From contig KZ538243.1 in assembly GCA_000934665.2 (NCBI GenBank), positions 1-64,000 of the forward strand: a DNA stretch of 64,000 bases, given 5' to 3'. The position numbers were made by a program, and so were the translations under genes. The stretch's first letter is position 1. Each line of letters opens with the position of its first letter. The notes beneath the pieces were generated by a model, which searched no databases, was not told where the DNA came from, and saw only the letters and a list, made by a program, of their open reading frames with translations. The DNA is from Catajapyx aquilonaris (lineage: Eukaryota). Of this stretch, positions 14,314 through 29,300 are shown in pieces.

Positions 14314-17300
14314 ATGGTGTACCGGTGCTGGTTTAGTGCGGTGGTGCTGGTCATCTTGGCTAGTGTTCCAAGTGGTAAGTTGCTGGAATTTTTTTATATA
14401 TAAAATATGGTGTGTCACACGGTGGGTACGGACCCGTGAATCCTACACCCACCATGAGACGTTGCCGTGACGTAACTGCAAGATTGCAATGCGAAAATTG
14501 GTGGGAAGTGTGGGGTTTTTGTGCACGAAAAGGTCCGGTTGCATCAGCTCAAATTGCGTGGAATTTCATATAATACAACCAGGCCTAAGTGCGATGTAGT
14601 TGAAGGCCCTCTTTCTTGCTAACTGCATTACAGGTAAGCAAAAACCTTCAACTACATCACGAGGTTGCATCATTGTTGTTAGATTATCAATGTGTTAATT
14701 GCCGGCAATAATGAACCGAAAACTTGGATAATCATGCTTTGGAGCCACTTACACGAACACAAATTAAGTGAGTAAATCTATGAAAATGCTGGATTATACA
14801 TTGCGAATTGCAGATTTCCCGAAATTTGCTTTCATGTAGCTTACAACCGGTCTTAGTGAACAAAATTAATATATGGTATGATTTACTGATATAGAAATGA
14901 TCAATGGCTGTTTTAGATATTGCAAGATACGTTTGTAACGTTACGATTTCTCTCTTTTAAATCTTCTGAACCGATGATAAATTTGAAAGCTGTTTGTGGC
15001 ACTCACTAACACCGTGGGGTTTAATAAACGTCACTCACTACTATCAGCATCTGGTTCTGAAAATGGTACAACCGGTTCAAATATTAAAACAACATGCCTT
15101 CCATCGCATTAGCAGTCCTATCTCTCCTGGAAAGTTCCCGTTTTAAAATAGAACCCAACATACCCCCTAGTAATCTGTAAGAAGGCAGCTGCCATGCCCC
15201 CTATTTGAACCGTAAGAATAGCCACGCTCCAAAAGCGAAACCGTTCCGGAACACCACACCTTTTTCTTGAGTAAAATATCTCCCGGAACAACACGTGGTG
15301 TTCGTCTCTCATACGGGCTTTCAAATCTATGTAATATATAAGATGGGCCGGAAATTGCAATAATTTTTTTTCCGTCCATTCCAGTTTTTAAAAAATTAAA
15401 ATAATAAGCGGCCTTTGCACTCTAGAGGTTAACGACTGCTAAGGGAGCCACACAGAATGGGTCTTGTCCATTTCACTTTCTTGGTCGGGCATTGCACGGA
15501 AGAAAGAACGCACATTTTATGATATCTGGGTGCCTGAAGGCCCAAGGGAAAAAGAGGTCCTATTTTCCCACGGAGGAGTATTTCGCAGAATAAAAAAAAA
15601 GAACGAGACGTACCTGTGCAGACGACAAAGTCCGGGTGCGGTTGAGACATGGGCGCGTCATATGTAGGCAGTACTTGTCCTCCTTGGAGTTGATGAGTCA
15701 TTGAGAGGTTGGAAATATTTTTCTGACCAAAAAATTTCGGCGAAATAACTGTGTGTTCACGGTTCTGGGTTGCGAGGTATGGCGCAATTTTCTTGGGCCG
15801 GAACAAGCATCGCACCTTTAGCTCAGTTTTTTAACGGAAAAAATGCAGGAAATGTACAACTGGTTAGTGAGTCATACCCGGTGTAAATGAACTTCTAAAA
15901 AAAAACATCCAACAATCGGACCCCACAATTGGTCGTGCCTTCTCGGCATTTTGATCGCTATGGGAAAATGGGCATTGCATTGTTTAGTGGAATATCGTCG
16001 ATGTGTGAGAAAATAACACATGCGTTCCAACGCAGTGCGTCGAACCAGACTTTCCCTTTCTGGTTTTTTCGAAGCAATCGGTCTCTTTTTGTGATTGGTA
16101 TCGCCCGCCATGCAGGTGAGCAGTCAAGAGGCTGCTAGCCTTGAAGGCCTCGAGCTTCTAACCCCCCTCTCTGCAATTAAGTAGGGGGTGGAATGAGGTG
16201 GAGAAGAAGATGCCGCTTGCCCCCCACCCACCCAACTCGAATCTTATCAATTAGATCACAGTCTCTTGTGCACATACATTTTTGTGGGCAAAGAATCGTC
16301 TGATAACTTGTGGCATCGTGATGTACCGCGATGTGGGGTAGTTACCTCATGTAGATGATGAGGGGGTGTCAAAAAGTCGACCACGATATTCATTAGTGCG
16401 ATTTTGGTAATTTTACTTTATATAATAATTGTAATAATAATATCATCAGTCACTATCTAGTACAATGTTAAAAATTTAGTAGTAGGCCTACCTGCTCCCA
16501 CCCACTGGAGGCGCTGCCTTCCCCATGCGCAAGCGCAGAACGGGAGCCAATCAGAAGCTTCGTCCAAACAATATACGGTGAGCCAATCAGAATCCTCGGT
16601 CATTTAATATCATAGATTTGATTTATTTGCATAACAATAATATGTAGAAAAGGCGCCATATTTAATTCCGTTTCTCTGTAGGGTTAAGGTCGTGATTCAT
16701 TCGGTGTGTTGTTTTTATTGGTCACGAGGTGGCATGGGTGGTGTCCCGGAAGCGCTCGTGACCACCTCGGTGACCTTTTCGGTCACACGCCCATCTCATC
16801 TCGCTGGGCGCCCAAAAAGAGCCCAATTTTGGCCGGAGAAGAGACATGAGGTGCCCCGCCTTGGGGTTGCCAGATCACGTCGTATGCGCCTGGTCACCCT
16901 GGAAATTGGCGATGTATTTTACAGGGTTGTATGGTACATAGACGTGACTTCCTGCAAGGGAGTGGATTGGTTGGATTCTTTTTTTTTAAACAAAATCTAA
17001 ACAGGTCCATGGTCCGGTGAAGCTGCCACTTTTCACAAATTTTTTGGTGGAGTCCGCCACTTCACGTAACAATGAGCTTTAATGTTAAAGGGCGACATCC
17101 TGGCTTTTAAAAAGGGGGTCGAGGATAGATCTGAATTACATAGTGGGCTTTTGACCAGCGAAATGTGACAGGATATCATGAAATTTTTTTTTTTAGAAAA
17201 AATATTTGAACTTTCACTGATTGCACAATGGGCATAACGTCATTTCCAGTCAACAGATAATAAAAACCCTTGACATTGGCACTGAAGTCGCTCGAGATTT

Positions 17301-20300
17301 TTTTTTTGAGTTGAGGACGTCTGCATGCTTAAAACCAGTTTGCGAAATTTGTAGGCGTGCTGTGCACTCAGGTGTAAATTTGCTGGCCAATAAGGTCGTC
17401 TCCGGTCAAGGCAATGGATCAACAGTGTGCTATCGTGACGAAATGTCCTTCAAACGACTCAGCTGGCAGGAAACCATCAATTCTTCAATTTCTACTATAA
17501 TAAATATGAAAAAATTGCAATTTCTAAAAAATATATATAAATCACTCTGTACTAAAGGCATTACTATTCATTAAAATTTTGCAAACATTGCAACTCTCAC
17601 CGAAGTACATAAGGTGAAAAGGTTGAGAAAAAGTCAGTCAAAACCTAGCCCACAGACCGACTCGAATTTTTTTAGAGAGTTATACTGTACGTTTCTGTCT
17701 TTTTCGCCACGATGGTGGGTTACCTCAACGGTACTTTCCAACTGTAGCTTAGATGAGAAATTCAAAAAGTCTAAGGCCCGCACTATAACTCGGGTTAGTT
17801 TTCTCGGACGCCTTCATTGCCAAAGAGCGAAATCTGTGAGAACCTTTGCTCCATCCTGTACAAGTATGATATCACGCCATCCAATTTGCGTGCTGGTAAC
17901 GAGCAGACTTATCCAGCACCTTCTGCAAAAAAAGGCAGAAGATCATACCAGTGTGGGTGCTAAAATCTAAAACTGGTCCTATATGATTTGACAGGCTGAA
18001 AAAAAAATCTGACGAAATGGTGAAAGTTTAATAGTATAGCCCCGGAAGTATGTGTGTGGCGTAATAGCAGCATGCGATGAGAATGTATGTTCATGAAGGT
18101 CAGTCTTGTTTTCTGGGGTGTGACCAGGCAATCTCTTAGCATCCCTTGAAGGACCAGGAAGGGTGTAGAGTAGAGAGAAGGAGGGGGTCCCATGGCCTTT
18201 ACTTCCTCTTTCCCACCATTTGGCTACCACAGTGTTGAGAAGGGGAGAATTTTTTCTTCTTCGTCTTCTTCGTCTTCTACTTCTTCCATCCATCAGCTCA
18301 TGGGAACCTCCGTTATTTGAGCTCCGTCACCTCAAAAGCGGCGGATAAAAGGGGACTTTTTGTCCGTCCCAGGAAGATAAGGAGACAAGTCCAGACTCGC
18401 TTCCTGGAAGCAAAAACTGAAACCTGACACCCCTGGGTTTAGGACCCCCCTGGTCCTCATGGTTGCAGGAAGTGGGACAAAATCGACACGGAAAATTTTT
18501 CGAGGAAACCTGAAAAAAATGGCAGAACTAATTAGGGTTGTGACACTTTTGTGAAGGTTGAAACCTTGGTAAAATATGGCAGCCGGTGGATAAAAAAGAA
18601 GCCTGACCTGCTGCTGCCCATCCCTCGCCGTCTGCCGCCCAGGTAATTACTCAGCCTTTGTTGCCACCTTACTCCCTCTCACCTGCTGCCTCACTGATCC
18701 AGAAGGCTACCACTGACTTGGACCAACGCCAGGGTCAACCCCAACCCGGTTTTTTAAAAGCCACTGAGATTTAAACCTGACATCACACACTCAGAACTTG
18801 TGGACTAAAAATGGCAGAAATTGCTTGGCAACCAAGGCATTTTGGGGGGCTACATTCCGCGACGGGGCGTAAGGATCTCCACCCTTAGGGGATGGTAAAA
18901 GGAGGCCGAAGGATTTCCAAACAGAGACTCGCCCTTTGTGTCCCCCTCTTCCATCTTTATCATGGCTCAAGCACAGAATTTGTGTTTGCAATGCTAAGCA
19001 ACCAAACACCTCAGGGGTTGACATGTGGCAAAGACTTGCGCAGAACATGAGTCAAATTTGCGCAGAACATGAGCCAAAGAATTGCTCAGAACAAGCCAAA
19101 GAATTGCTCAGAACAAGCCAAAGAATTTCTCAGAACATGTGCCTTCCTGGACACTGTTTCTGTTAGAAAACCGGTAGTTCCGGTAGATTCTTATCATGAA
19201 CTATGGCCCTAACGTTTATTTCTGGAAGGAAATGGTCTCCCCTATACCATCAGAAGCATATGGCAAATGGAACTAATTAATACGTTAAGATGGCTTCCTC
19301 CAACTTGTGACCAACTGACAGAAGTTCAGTTGGGTTGTACCTGAGGATTTGTTTGGTGTTGTCTCCCACAGAGGCCTAAAGGAATTTATGGTCCTTTCTT
19401 AGGGATTAGGTCTCATTGTTAGAGGATCTTAATACCGGATTAGGGGGGAGGTTTTCCGTTTTCCAAGAAAATAGTTGGTGAAAAATGGATTTGTTAGCAG
19501 GGGTTTTTGGAGTTGAATGGTAGGATCAATCATGTCCGGTTTTTCTATGGACGTTCCGTTCCGTTAGGGACCACCGATTCTTTACGTGTGTTTGAACACG
19601 TGCTGACGGGGAAAGGGATCCGTTTCTGGCCCCTCCGGTTTTTAATGTGTGGTCTGGAATGCGGGGGGGTTACAAATCTGTCAAACTCTTCACACCGAAT
19701 TCATGTCCCCTTTGCCCTTTGACCTCCTCCCAAACTTCCAAGGCGTCTGGATCTTCTCAGATTTTTTCTTCTTCTTCAGATCCATTAGCGTATGAATAAG
19801 GTAACACGCGCCGACTTACAGCTGCATCCTGTCTATTTTCTGTGAGGACATTTTTGGGGTCCAGATACTATCGACTCCTCCCCCCTCCGGTCTCCTTTTT
19901 CTTTTCTGTCCCAACTGACCCCTGCTCCAAAAGTCTATTCTCCTCAGTCACTCTTGCGAGGTAGGTTTCCAACCCAAAACTGACAGTAATTATTGGGCGT
20001 ATGCACCGTGAATAGGCCGCATGGAAAATTAAGGACAAGGCGAGCCTTTTTATTGCAGTTTGCTGGGGTTAATCAATTTACCTGGGCTATACCTATTCAT
20101 CAGTACAATGGTCAAAACAATGGAGCTTAAACTTGGTCAGAAACAAGGTGACAATGGGGACACAGTCTTCCAATCACGCTCTGAAGATCATGCATTATTA
20201 GTATACTACATCCAATAATGCGTAAATAATATTATAGTCAGTGACGTAGCCAGGATTCCAGTTCGGGGGGGGGGGGGGGGGNNNNNNNNNNNNNNNNNNN

Positions 20301-23300
20301 NNNNNNNNNNNNNNNNNNNNNNNNNNNNNNNNNNNNNNNNNNNNNNNNNNNNNNNNNNNNNNNNNNNNNNNNNNNNNNNNNNNNNNNNNNNNNNNNNNNN
20401 NNNNNNNNNNNNNNNNNNNNNNNNNNNNNNNNNNNNNNNNNNNNNNNCCCCCCCCCCCTGGCAACGTCACTGTTATAGTACCCACAACATAACTGCCCAA
20501 AGAAATGGATTAGGCGATCTCCACACCAGACACCCTAACCGATCTGATTGGTGGAGCAGATGCTGGGGGGCCTCATCCACCAATCAGATCGGTGGATACA
20601 GTGCGGTACAAAAGAAATGCTCTTTTGAAACCCTATACCCGATCCTACCATGACAGATATCGCGATATTTAGGCCGTTTTAGGGTCTGTAAATAAATAAG
20701 TAAATAAAACTAATAGCAATTAAACAAATAAATAAATGTTATTTTCTTATTGACATTATGAAGCAAGATGCCAATATGAAATTTTTTCCAGCCCAATGAG
20801 ACAATAATAAAAAAAATGATGTGTACGCTTTTGACGGTATCGTATGGTACGACGTATCCGTTGCCCAAAAGTGGTTGTTTTCGTTTGCCGGTATCCGACC
20901 AAAATTGCTTCGTGCCGCAATGTACCACCGTGTCAAACGCTGTTTACATTCAGTGTGCAAGCAGCGCTCCCGCATTGTCCGTAATGACAGGCCTCCCAGA
21001 ACATTCCTGGCACGTCGGCCCCAAGTAGCGCCAAAGCTAAAGGCACACAAAATGACAGGGCACGAGCACCAGGTGAAGAAGAAGAAGAAGAAGAAAAAAA
21101 GGAAGGTTTTTCTACCCAAAGGTATAAAACGACCTTGGTATGGCCAAAACAGCTGGGGTCCCCTATTCTGGTGCAAGTTTCAGTTCAATTGGGGAGAACC
21201 CACGTTTTGTGCATCAAGTACACTAAGGTGTGAAAGCTCAGGAATTCTCGTCTTTGTGTCTCGAAAATTCCCAGCAGGAAATGACACCATTAACGGGAAA
21301 GAGACAACATTTTTTTGCTTGGTCGTTTCCGGTGTTCCGTTTCTAGAGGTGGGAATGCGCCTAGTTTTGCGCAATACCGTTTAATTTTTGGGGGGTTCTT
21401 CATTAGCGGTCCAAATAAGGTGGGCTGCTGAGGGAGGGTTTTCTCTTTCCCAAGATAAATCTATTCGGAGTGAAGGGTAAGGGGGCGTCGGACCGCATGT
21501 TTGTAGTTCCATTGCCCAAATAAGTCCACGCAAGTAAAGGCTTTTTCCTCGGCGACAGCTATAGGAATGCACGCAGGGCAAGGAGTGGCTGGCATTAATC
21601 ATGGAAGCTTATGGAGAAGCTATTCCACCCCGTGATTTGTTGTAACAGATCGTGTCAAAGGAAAAAAAAGGCAAAAACTAGGGTTAGATCTAGAGGGGAG
21701 GAGAAGTAGGGGGAAAAAAAGAGTTAAGTCAGGTTACGCCTACTTGCTTAGAGCTACATTTCGATTTGCTTCCCACGCTTGAAAAAAATAAAATGTATGC
21801 ATTCTCATTTCGCTGGGTTTTTTTGGTCCATGGTCGAATTGAGAGTGCCAGAAGATGCGAATAATTTGTTTGAAAAATAACATTGTTGCTACTTAACGAT
21901 TACGTGGAAAAACAAATCGGAAAAAATTTAAATGAAAATCCAGAAGTTACCCATGTTTTAGTCAAAATTTAATTAGGTTGAGTAATATGGATGATAGACC
22001 AGTCACCTTCGAAAATGTTTTAAAAATTAAAATAAGGGATCATGCAGTATATTGTCAAACAATAAACTGGAAGTCAATAAATATGATGCATTTCAATTTT
22101 TTATTATTCATTCACTGACTCTTCAGACAGCCACACAATAAATGAAATTATGCAAAGGAAAACAAGCAAATATTTCCACATCCAATCAGAATTGATCTCT
22201 AATTGTTCCAGGATCTGATCAATTTTCACTCTATTTATTTCAAAGAATGTGCCTATGTACGCATTTTGAAAATTGTGCAGTGAAAATTCCGGAAGATTGG
22301 CAAACGAATTGTTCTCGAGATATTCACCTATCCATGAACCCCCCCCCCCTTTTTTATAATACAANTTTTTATACTGCATCCAAATAGGGTCTGGTTCGGC
22401 TTCATTTTTGGTTGACTTTTCGGCCAATTTTATGTTGCGGTTCACTCAAAGGCGCCGTGTTTTTGAAGCCAGAAACGGCCAAGACGTGCGCAATATGTCG
22501 ATCCCATCCGCCGATTTATCCTTGGAGACTTGAACGCCCGGATCGGAGGTGAGCAACTTGGTCACCTTTTTTTTGTTGTTGTTGTTTCTTCGTGACGCAC
22601 ACCCCTGACCTGCCCTTCACGCTTTCTTCGCCGGACCATCTGTGGGCTTCTTTATTTCTACAAAAATAGATGGACCGGAACTCCGAACTATTCACAGTTT
22701 TTTGACCAGGTCTATGGAAACATGCAAATGCTCTTCGTGCGAAAAGCAAAGAAATGTTGTCGGCACGTCTGAGAAACTTTTGCTAGATGGGCGTTGCGTC
22801 TCTCACGGATCAGTTTGCTGAAAAAGGCCATCCGAAAAAAATATTTTATGCAAAACCTCAGGACAGTGGAATGTGGTTCGATAGCCGTGGGAACCGTGTC
22901 TCGATTAGTATTCACAAAAGGAATTCGCCAAAAGGACACGTTATTTTTTTGCACATTCCAGAAGGGGCAATGCAACTGCAGTTTTGCCATTTAAGCGACT
23001 GGTTCAGGTTGAGTGCTTCCAACCTGTTGAGAAATATATTCGGGACTGATTTACACGGGAGGTTATACTATCCCAACCTATGGTGACAGGAATCGGATAT
23101 CCTACAGGGCGGTGTTTGACCTGTCGAAAAAAGGGTGGGCCACCAAATTGAGCCTTCAGGGTCAGTGTCCTGAATTGTTGGAGAATTCCAACAACGTCCT
23201 GACAGTGTAGAGAGATAGAGAAAAAAATGGAGCTCATCAACCTCAGGAATTGCGTCAACGGTGACGAATTTAGACAGGTAGACATCCCGGAAGCCAACAG

Positions 23301-26300
23301 TACTTGTCATTTGAGCAGTGTTTTTATCATGTAGAGTACAGCTGATGTGATGGGGTTCAGTGTACAGCAGCCTTGGACAAGGCGACCAAGTTCAAGTACA
23401 GCTTCTCTTGGACAGGTATCAATTATTGTACCTGTTCAGCCCAGTTTCCTGGGCACGAGTAAAAGGGTCGTAAAAATGGCAGGCGACGCGTGAAATGACA
23501 GGTGCGGGGGTGACATTTTGCGAACTTTGAACCTGCTGGAGGGAAATTTTTTTGAGGGGATGTTGAGGCCACTCAACCAACTAACCTTGGGCGAATAACT
23601 GTGGACACAGGAAATGATCAAATATAATAATTTATTCACAAACCCCCCAACACGCAAACAATGCTCTGGACCTTTCATGGAATTTGATTTTTTTTTGTGT
23701 TGTTATGTTTAGTACCTACAGTACCGGTACTGGTACTGGTACTTAATATTGTAATAATAAACATATGCCAAGAATTTTGAAAGATTTATAGTAAAATAAT
23801 GAAATAATTAAATGAAATAATTATAGTAAAATAATGAAATAATGAAATAAAATAATTATAGTAAAATAATGAAATAATGAAATAAAATAATTATAATAAA
23901 ATAATGAAATAATGAAATAAAATAATAATAATAAAATAATGAAATAAAATAATAAATAAATAATAAAATAATTATAAAATCAAATATTTCATAGCCATAC
24001 CTATATACGCTATTGTTTGTTATATGGTAGTAATGCTGGTATAATGAATAACACATTTTATGATTCAGAGTAGACATGCCTGAATTATTATTTGCTACAT
24101 TTTAATACATTTTTATGAGAAAATGAAGAATCAACAATGACTAAAAGTTTAACAACTTACAAGTTTCCTGCACATACTATAGGATGCTATATGCACACTG
24201 CATATGGATAAATTAAGACGATTTAATTATTAAATTTAGTATATAGTGGAATGAATCTGGGTAATAAGTAAAGGACGTCCCATTTTTGGGATCTGATACA
24301 CTTCAGCATTTTTTAGGATAGTTAAATTTAGATTAGGGGTGATTCCGGAACAGGTGGGGGAAGGCACAGGGTAGTTATTCAGGCATGCGGGCCGGTTATT
24401 TCCCATTTTTTTCTTCTTCTTTCTCTATCCCCCTCACCACCACCACACCTCCTCAGGTAGCAGCTTGTCGGTGGGTAGCTACCGTCCCTTGATTGCCTAT
24501 GATCAACTGCCAGTGTTGTCGGAGCTAAAGACAGGAATTACGGTCCAAGTACAACGCATGCAACAAAACGCCATGCGACACGCCATGACATTATATTAAA
24601 TTTTTTTTGTGCAGATGACCATTGGGCAGGCTTTCATAATTAACTGTGTTAGAAGGAATAGACGTGGGAGTAGCCTTATCCCAATTCGTTAGCTTTGAAG
24701 CGGCCGCCAAATTATTTTTTTTTCTCCTTCGAATCCTTATAGCCCTGAGCTGTAAACACCATCTCGTTATTTCTGGCGATAAATTACTCTTAATAAGATA
24801 GTTTGGCAACGGCGCAAGTCTCTCAAAAGAATGCCTACCTTTCCATTGCCCCCACGGGGCAACGTCTACGCCTGCGCATGACACAAACATGGGGAATGTA
24901 AGAGATGTCGTCGCCTCCCGAAAACCTGATGGATATGTGGTAGCAACGCCCAAAAAGGCGGCTGCCGACTAGGTGACAAAACATAGCCCTCTCAAGTATG
25001 TGTCGAGCACGTTGTTGTCTGCACGAGTGCGAAACAGCCAACAACAACAACAAAATATTGAAGAAGAAGAAGAAGAAGAAGAAGAAGAAGAAGAAGAAGA
25101 AGAAGAAGAAGAAGAAGAAGAAGAAGATAAAAAAAGAAGAAAGACACATAAGGGAGGGTCTTGAGGAGTTAACATGGGTGGAGACTGTTTGAGATTATAA
25201 TGTGAGTTTGTGCTTAATAGGGGCGTAAAAATCTGATTTACATGTGGTGGTTAAATGTACTTGGAATTTTTTAGCGGGGTGCGATGGCAAACAGCGGCAG
25301 TAAATTGTGGACTAAGTGCCTGCTTGACCTGAGAACCAGGGTTGCATATTGGGTAGGATGAATTGTCTCTTCGTGAGAATTGAAAGTGGCCAAATAGGGC
25401 CATTTTTAACAGGGTGTGAATCATTATCGAAAAATCTGACATCAGAATCAGAAGTATTTTTAAAAAAAGACAACGAAAAATGTACGGTACCGTATATTAG
25501 GCAAGATACTTACAACCGGTCCTAAATTCCTCGGATAAATTAAAGGATAACATTAACATGAAAAATAAAATTATACAATTCAATCAAAAATCGAGTGGTG
25601 CCTACTTAAGTATGCAGGTGTACTTCAAAAATAATAGTGTGCATAGTATTTCATTGAAATATATGGATAACATCACCAGAATAATATTGTCACAATGATG
25701 GCATCAAAGATGACATCATTCCATACCTAAATTGGATTAATTATCGTATTCGGAATAGTTGACAGTATCTCTCACAAAAAATTAATTTAAGCAAATAATC
25801 ACATTTCAACTTCAAATTATTCGCAATTTGCAAATCCGCCTTTTGTTCACCACTCTTCTCAAAAACATTGCATTGAATGTAGGTATACACATTATATAAA
25901 AATCCTCTGGAATTCCGCAAAAATTCCAGGAATTGGCCCATCCTGTTAATGAAGTACGAAACAGTCCACGTGTCGAAAGAAGTTGGTTAAATGTTCCGTA
26001 CTAGACTCAGCCATGTGGAATTCCAAATGGAGGTAGGGGTGTAGGTAGTGTGCCGAAGGCACCTTCAATCTCTCAAAGTTTTTTTTTATGGGTGTGTGTG
26101 TGTGTTGTTGTATGCCTTCTAAGTCATTTCTTTTTCGGGGCGGCGGCCTGCCATCACGGCTCCTGTGGCCTGGAATGTCGGCGGCTGCCTTCCAACGCAG
26201 AAAAAGCCAACCCCTGCCGTGGATGAATCTCTTCTCTATACGCCTCCTACAGAGAAAGGAGCTTCAGGGCCATTCAGTGTAGTGTTTTTCGAGAGGGGGG

Positions 26301-29300
26301 TCATTTTTACCCATTTTTTTTACACTTGTTGGCTAAAAAAGTTAAACTGGAACATCACGGCTCGTTGTGGCCTGTAAACCTGAGTCACACTTGGATGGGT
26401 TTAGCTTTAATTGGCCAATATTTAGACCCACATTTTTGTTTTAAAATTGGCAAGGGGGCGTTTTGTGGTGAAGTTATGCCCGTTTCGGTTCGGTGCTTGT
26501 AAAGAATGCGTAAAAAAGCATGTGACCTGCAAGCATTCCAGGGGAGCTGCCCGTGGTCGTAATTCCTCAGCCCTGTTGCATCTCATTATGGGGCAGCCAC
26601 CATGTTTATGCAGACGCACACCCTTACATTCTTGAGGTTTTTTTTCTGCTTCCTCTTTTTCTGTACAAGTGAAAGTGTACCGAAATAGTTGAGGACCATA
26701 ATGTGTAATGTAAAAAAATTGCATTCTACATAATTATGTAACATATGTAATGCCACATATGTAATCTGCAGTATGATATTAAAATCCTTCGTTGTATCCT
26801 TCGTCGTATAGACTATTGTTACCGCGACACTTCCAATTGGCTCCCATTCTGCGCCTGCGCAATAGGAAGAGAGAGCGCCTCTGGTGGGCGAATCAAAAAA
26901 ATAATTGGTATCACTCCGATTGAAATTTCTTTCATCATATCCGTTCCGTGGTAAAGGTATCCTGAGAACATGCTCCTTCAGAAGCTATCCAATACCCTTA
27001 TTTATGAGCCAGCAAATTCTCCAGGACCGGAATCAATGGGTCTCGTGTGTACATGTTCAATAGGTGGCTGCGGGGCGCTCTCTTAACACGCATTATCTCG
27101 TTGTTGGGGAACAGAATGGCCGCCTGGGTGATTCGCAGCGGGTGATGCACTACAATGATGGCCAATTGCGAGCGTTTAAAGGTCAACCACCCGGGTGGTC
27201 GCTCCCTGGTGGGACCGTCTGTTGATTTTTTTAAATATATATATTCCACAAAAAAAAAGTGGATGACAACTGGAGAGGGACAAAGGGCGTTACGACCCGG
27301 TGGAAGTCGTTCGTCAGAACAAAGTTCTTTGTGATGCTCTTTTGCTTCAGATCTTGTGAGCTGAGGAATTCGCATGAATTCTTATCTGGGGGTTAGAGAA
27401 ATGGAGATGAGTTCCGGGATTGTCATATCTTGCCGCATTGTTTCCTCTGGAGCGATATATTGCTCTCCTGCTGGTTTTACAGATGTCACGAGCCGGTGAC
27501 GACAATGGAGACATGTGGCAACCATGCCATGCTGCCTTCTCTGTTCATGAGTGGCCATGCTTGTCCGCTTTGACGTGACTTCCTCCTTCGGTAGAGTCAC
27601 CCTTCTCTACTGGACCTTATGACGATGACTACGCATAGTCCACGCACAAAGACAGTAGATTACGTGCAATTGTGGCTTCTAGTACAAAGTAATATGACAA
27701 TGATACAGCGAAACCTGTGAAGTTGGATATTAGTTTCTAAGTTGGAAACCCCTCTATATTTACACCATCAGATAAATGATATTGCTGCGACATCATTTTG
27801 AGGAACTCTTGAGTAACTTTGTGTCTCTTTTGTTCTTTGTAGGAAGTGCGGTCTGTTACTTCCCTGCCGAATATCAAGGAGAGTTTGTGACGCAGAGTAC
27901 GTCGACGGCCAGTGGAAATGGTGGTCCTCCGAGGGTACAGTACAACCAAGTCAGCGTCATGGCGGAGTCCATACCAGTATGGGGGTCATGCCATCGAAGG
28001 ATTGGAAACAAGGTTCTCCTTATGGACATGTGAGTACATTCCAGGTCTTGTCTGCTGCAACAATATTGCAGATAAGCTGAAGCAATTTTTCATTTTGATC
28101 ATGATGTAAAGCATGCAGTTACATGATCTTCAAGCAGTTCTCACTGATTAATTTGATCTCTTCCTGATTCCGAAGCCTGCAATTAAAACGTCTGACAATT
28201 ACTTTCCCAGTAATTACGACATGCCAGCTTCAAAATTGATTCCCTCGATTTCGTTGCACATTGCATCTCAGGTGCATTGTGCGAATACAGCCTGCAATAC
28301 TTCCACAGTCCTCTGACGTGTAACTTCCTCGTATACCATGACCTAATTGGTATGATTCAACCATAATTTTTTTTCCAAGAACTTGATAACCTTTCTCTCG
28401 AAAAGTCGTCCACGTCCGACGGCAGTGCTGACCCCCATCGAAGGGCGGCAAGAATGGAAGCGCAAAGCATGACGACTCTTCTGAAGGCAGTCTTTCGTAG
28501 CATAGAAAAGAGATGATACGTTTGTCTTTGTCAGTCACATGGAAAATACACGCCAAAAAAATGAGAGGGACAGTACCAGTGTTTTAATGTCATTGTCACG
28601 GGTTCATTGTTATTTCCGGCCCGCTTACTTTCCCCTTCAAGATAATTTTTTTCAATTTTCCTAGCTAAGATAAGGTGCGCTTTTAAAGAAAAATTGGGTG
28701 CCATTTTTTTGGGGCTTGTCCCAGGTCTTATCCGTGATACCTGTTCCGTGACCATGTGCCCCATCACCTTATTGGCCATGCCCTCTGAGGTCAAAATCGA
28801 CCCTTCAACCGGAAGAAGGGGGGGAAGGAAACCGAAAAAAGAATAAGGTTTCCCCGCAGGTATATTTATTTACCGAAACCAAAAAGAAGAGAGGGGTGGG
28901 AGGGCGGCCTTTTCTTTGGAAAAGGTCCACCACAGCCTACCTTTTGGGAGGGCAGAGACAAATGCGAAGATTTCGATGCGGTTCGCGGGTCGCTGCCTAG
29001 GGTAAAAATCGCTTTCCACCTGTTACTCCATAACCTGTGCGTATACTATATGTATACAGGGTGATGCATTGCCCAAGTCACCTGTTCAAATAAATCGACA
29101 GTTGTTACGGTTTGTCCCAAATGGGCTTATTAACTTATAGGTTATTGCTTTTCCTTTCCATTTCATGAATATGGGCACTGTTTCGTGTGAATTCATTGTC
29201 GTCCATATATACTTGTTATGGGCATGTCCGTTCTGTTGGCACTCTTGTCAAGATTGTTGCTTCTATTGGATACTGGCTGATGGGGTCAACAATCCATAGC

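Noticed and set aside
19036..19139. Regularly spaced repeats resembling a CRISPR array
   Set aside because: The units are contiguous with no unique spacers, the context is eukaryotic and there are no cas genes.
24835..25192. Poly-E/K/F/S ORFs
   Set aside because: Artefacts of the (GAA)n microsatellite.
26875..26888. GCGCCTCTGGTGG as a CTCF site
   Set aside because: It is one base short of the CCACCAGRKGGCGC spacing and is not matched better in the other repeat copies.
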